32,000 bases of DNA from Mycolicibacterium smegmatis (GTDB lineage: Bacteria; Actinomycetota; Actinomycetes; Mycobacteriales; Mycobacteriaceae): contig NZ_LN831039.1 in NCBI RefSeq assembly GCF_001457595.1, forward strand, positions 6,030,001 to 6,062,000. The letters are read 5' to 3'. The notes below the pieces were generated by a model. That model saw only the letters and a list, made by a program, of their open reading frames with translations, was not told the origin of the DNA and did no database searches. The translations under genes were made by a program, and so were the position numbers. Positions 31,654 to 32,000 of the stretch are shown one piece after another; the stretch's first letter is position 1, and each line of letters begins with the position of its first letter.

Positions 31654-32000
31654 CTACATCCGCTTCGCGATATCGTCCCCGCCGCTGTGCCGCGGCGACT
31701 CGTGGGGCGCGACCGGTACAGGACCGGGCGCGGGCCGGGCATCGCTGGGCCCCGCGGCGCTCGCCGGAGGTGCAGCAGGCGCAGGGGCGCTGGGCGCGGG
31801 AGCGGTGGGCGCGGCCGCCGACGAGGCCGGTCCGGATGCCGACGACGACGCGCCGGTGTGCTCGTTCAGCCGTGCCTCGCGCGCATTCTGATCGGCCTCG
31901 CGCCTGTTCTGCTCGTCCTCACGCTGGTTGAGATGGTCCTCGCGCTCGTTCTGCTTGGTCTCACGCTCGTTGAGTTGGGCTTCGCGCTCCTGTTGCTGCT
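31654..32000 (-). CDS. C-terminal part of a coiled-coil protein with heptad repeats and a Pro/Ala-rich tail (N-terminus outside the window)
   Basis: Not in the ORF track because it has no start in the window. My reverse translation reads QQQEREAQLNERETKQNEREDHLNQREDEQNRREADQNAREARLNEHTGASSSASGPASSAAAPTAPAPSAPAPAAPPASAAGPSDARPAPGPVPVAPHESPRHSGGDDIAKRM-stop (TAG 31656-31654). Third codon positions are G/C-rich, as in the other genes. Confidence 0.7.
   Translation of the reverse strand, partial: QQQEREAQLNERETKQNEREDHLNQREDEQNRREADQNAREARLNEHTGASSSASGPASSAAAPTAPAPSAPAPAAPPASAAGPSDARPAPGPVPVAPHESPRHSGGDDIAKRM
31867..32000. repeat. Tandem 21-bp periodicity (at least 6 units, continuing past the window edge) encoding xxQN(E/R/A)RE heptads
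   Basis: Units: cagccgtgcctcgcgcgcatt / ctgatcggcctcgcgcctgtt / ctgctcgtcctcacgctggtt / gagatggtcctcgcgctcgtt / ctgcttggtctcacgctcgtt / gagttgggcttcgcgctcctg. The conserved core is (c/t)tc(g/a)cgc. Confidence 0.7.

Noticed and set aside
1-32000. Search for CRISPR repeats, transposase/integrase genes, IS-type terminal inverted repeats, rRNA/tRNA genes and classic defence-system signatures (nuclease, helicase or methylase clusters).
   Set aside because: Nothing of the kind was seen. The only tandem repeat is the in-frame 21-bp array at the right edge, and every long ORF is accounted for by glycan-biosynthesis families or the two unassigned proteins.

Overview
High-G+C, actinobacterial-type DNA: frequent GTG starts, G/C-rich third codon positions, and many Arg/Pro/Ala-rich antisense shadow ORFs in the six-frame track. 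Almost the whole window is one cell-surface glycan biosynthesis locus (EPS, O-antigen-like or lipooligosaccharide-like, Wzx-dependent). I can support 26 protein-coding genes, two of them cut by the window edges. I see no rRNA, tRNA, CRISPR array, transposase or integrase. Layout: (i) minus-strand block 1-5121 with GT2, CE4 polysaccharide deacetylase, a GT2 fused to a FemAB/CelD-like acyltransferase, and GT4. (ii) An orphan lipoprotein of unknown function on the plus strand (5573-7105). (iii) Minus-strand unit 12854-7132 with a CgeB-like GT-B protein, Wzx flippase, GMC FAD-oxidoreductase and SDR. (iv) Divergent plus-strand pair 13126-15253, a class-III aminotransferase and a SAM methyltransferase. 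(v) A lone gene (15303-16292) for a protein built from two copies of an uncharacterised Cys-rich domain, behind an AT-rich region. (vi) A ten-gene minus-strand operon 29858-18454: glmS paralogue, variant SDR, WbaP-like priming transferase, rmlA, ugd, fused Alg14/Alg13-like GT, C-methyltransferase, rfbF-like gene, PIG-L deacetylase, SDR. Six of its junctions are ATGA stop/start overlaps. (vii) A second C-methyltransferase paralogue and an RmlC-like cupin placed head-to-head at 16828-18470. (viii) An atypical orphan NarL/LuxR response regulator and the 3' end of a heptad-repeat coiled-coil protein. Main hypotheses: the locus carries the four enzyme families of the neamine route (GT4, LmbE-type deacetylase, GMC oxidase, class-III aminotransferase) inside a lipid-linked glycan pathway. 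It also carries a deacetylase plus FemAB-like re-acylation pair, a C-methyl branched-sugar module with no recognisable dehydratase, an SDR whose catalytic Tyr is His, and two proteins (lipoprotein, duplicated Cys-rich domain) that I cannot assign to a family. All functional calls are family-level, made by eye from motifs and gene context. No database search or structure prediction was possible.
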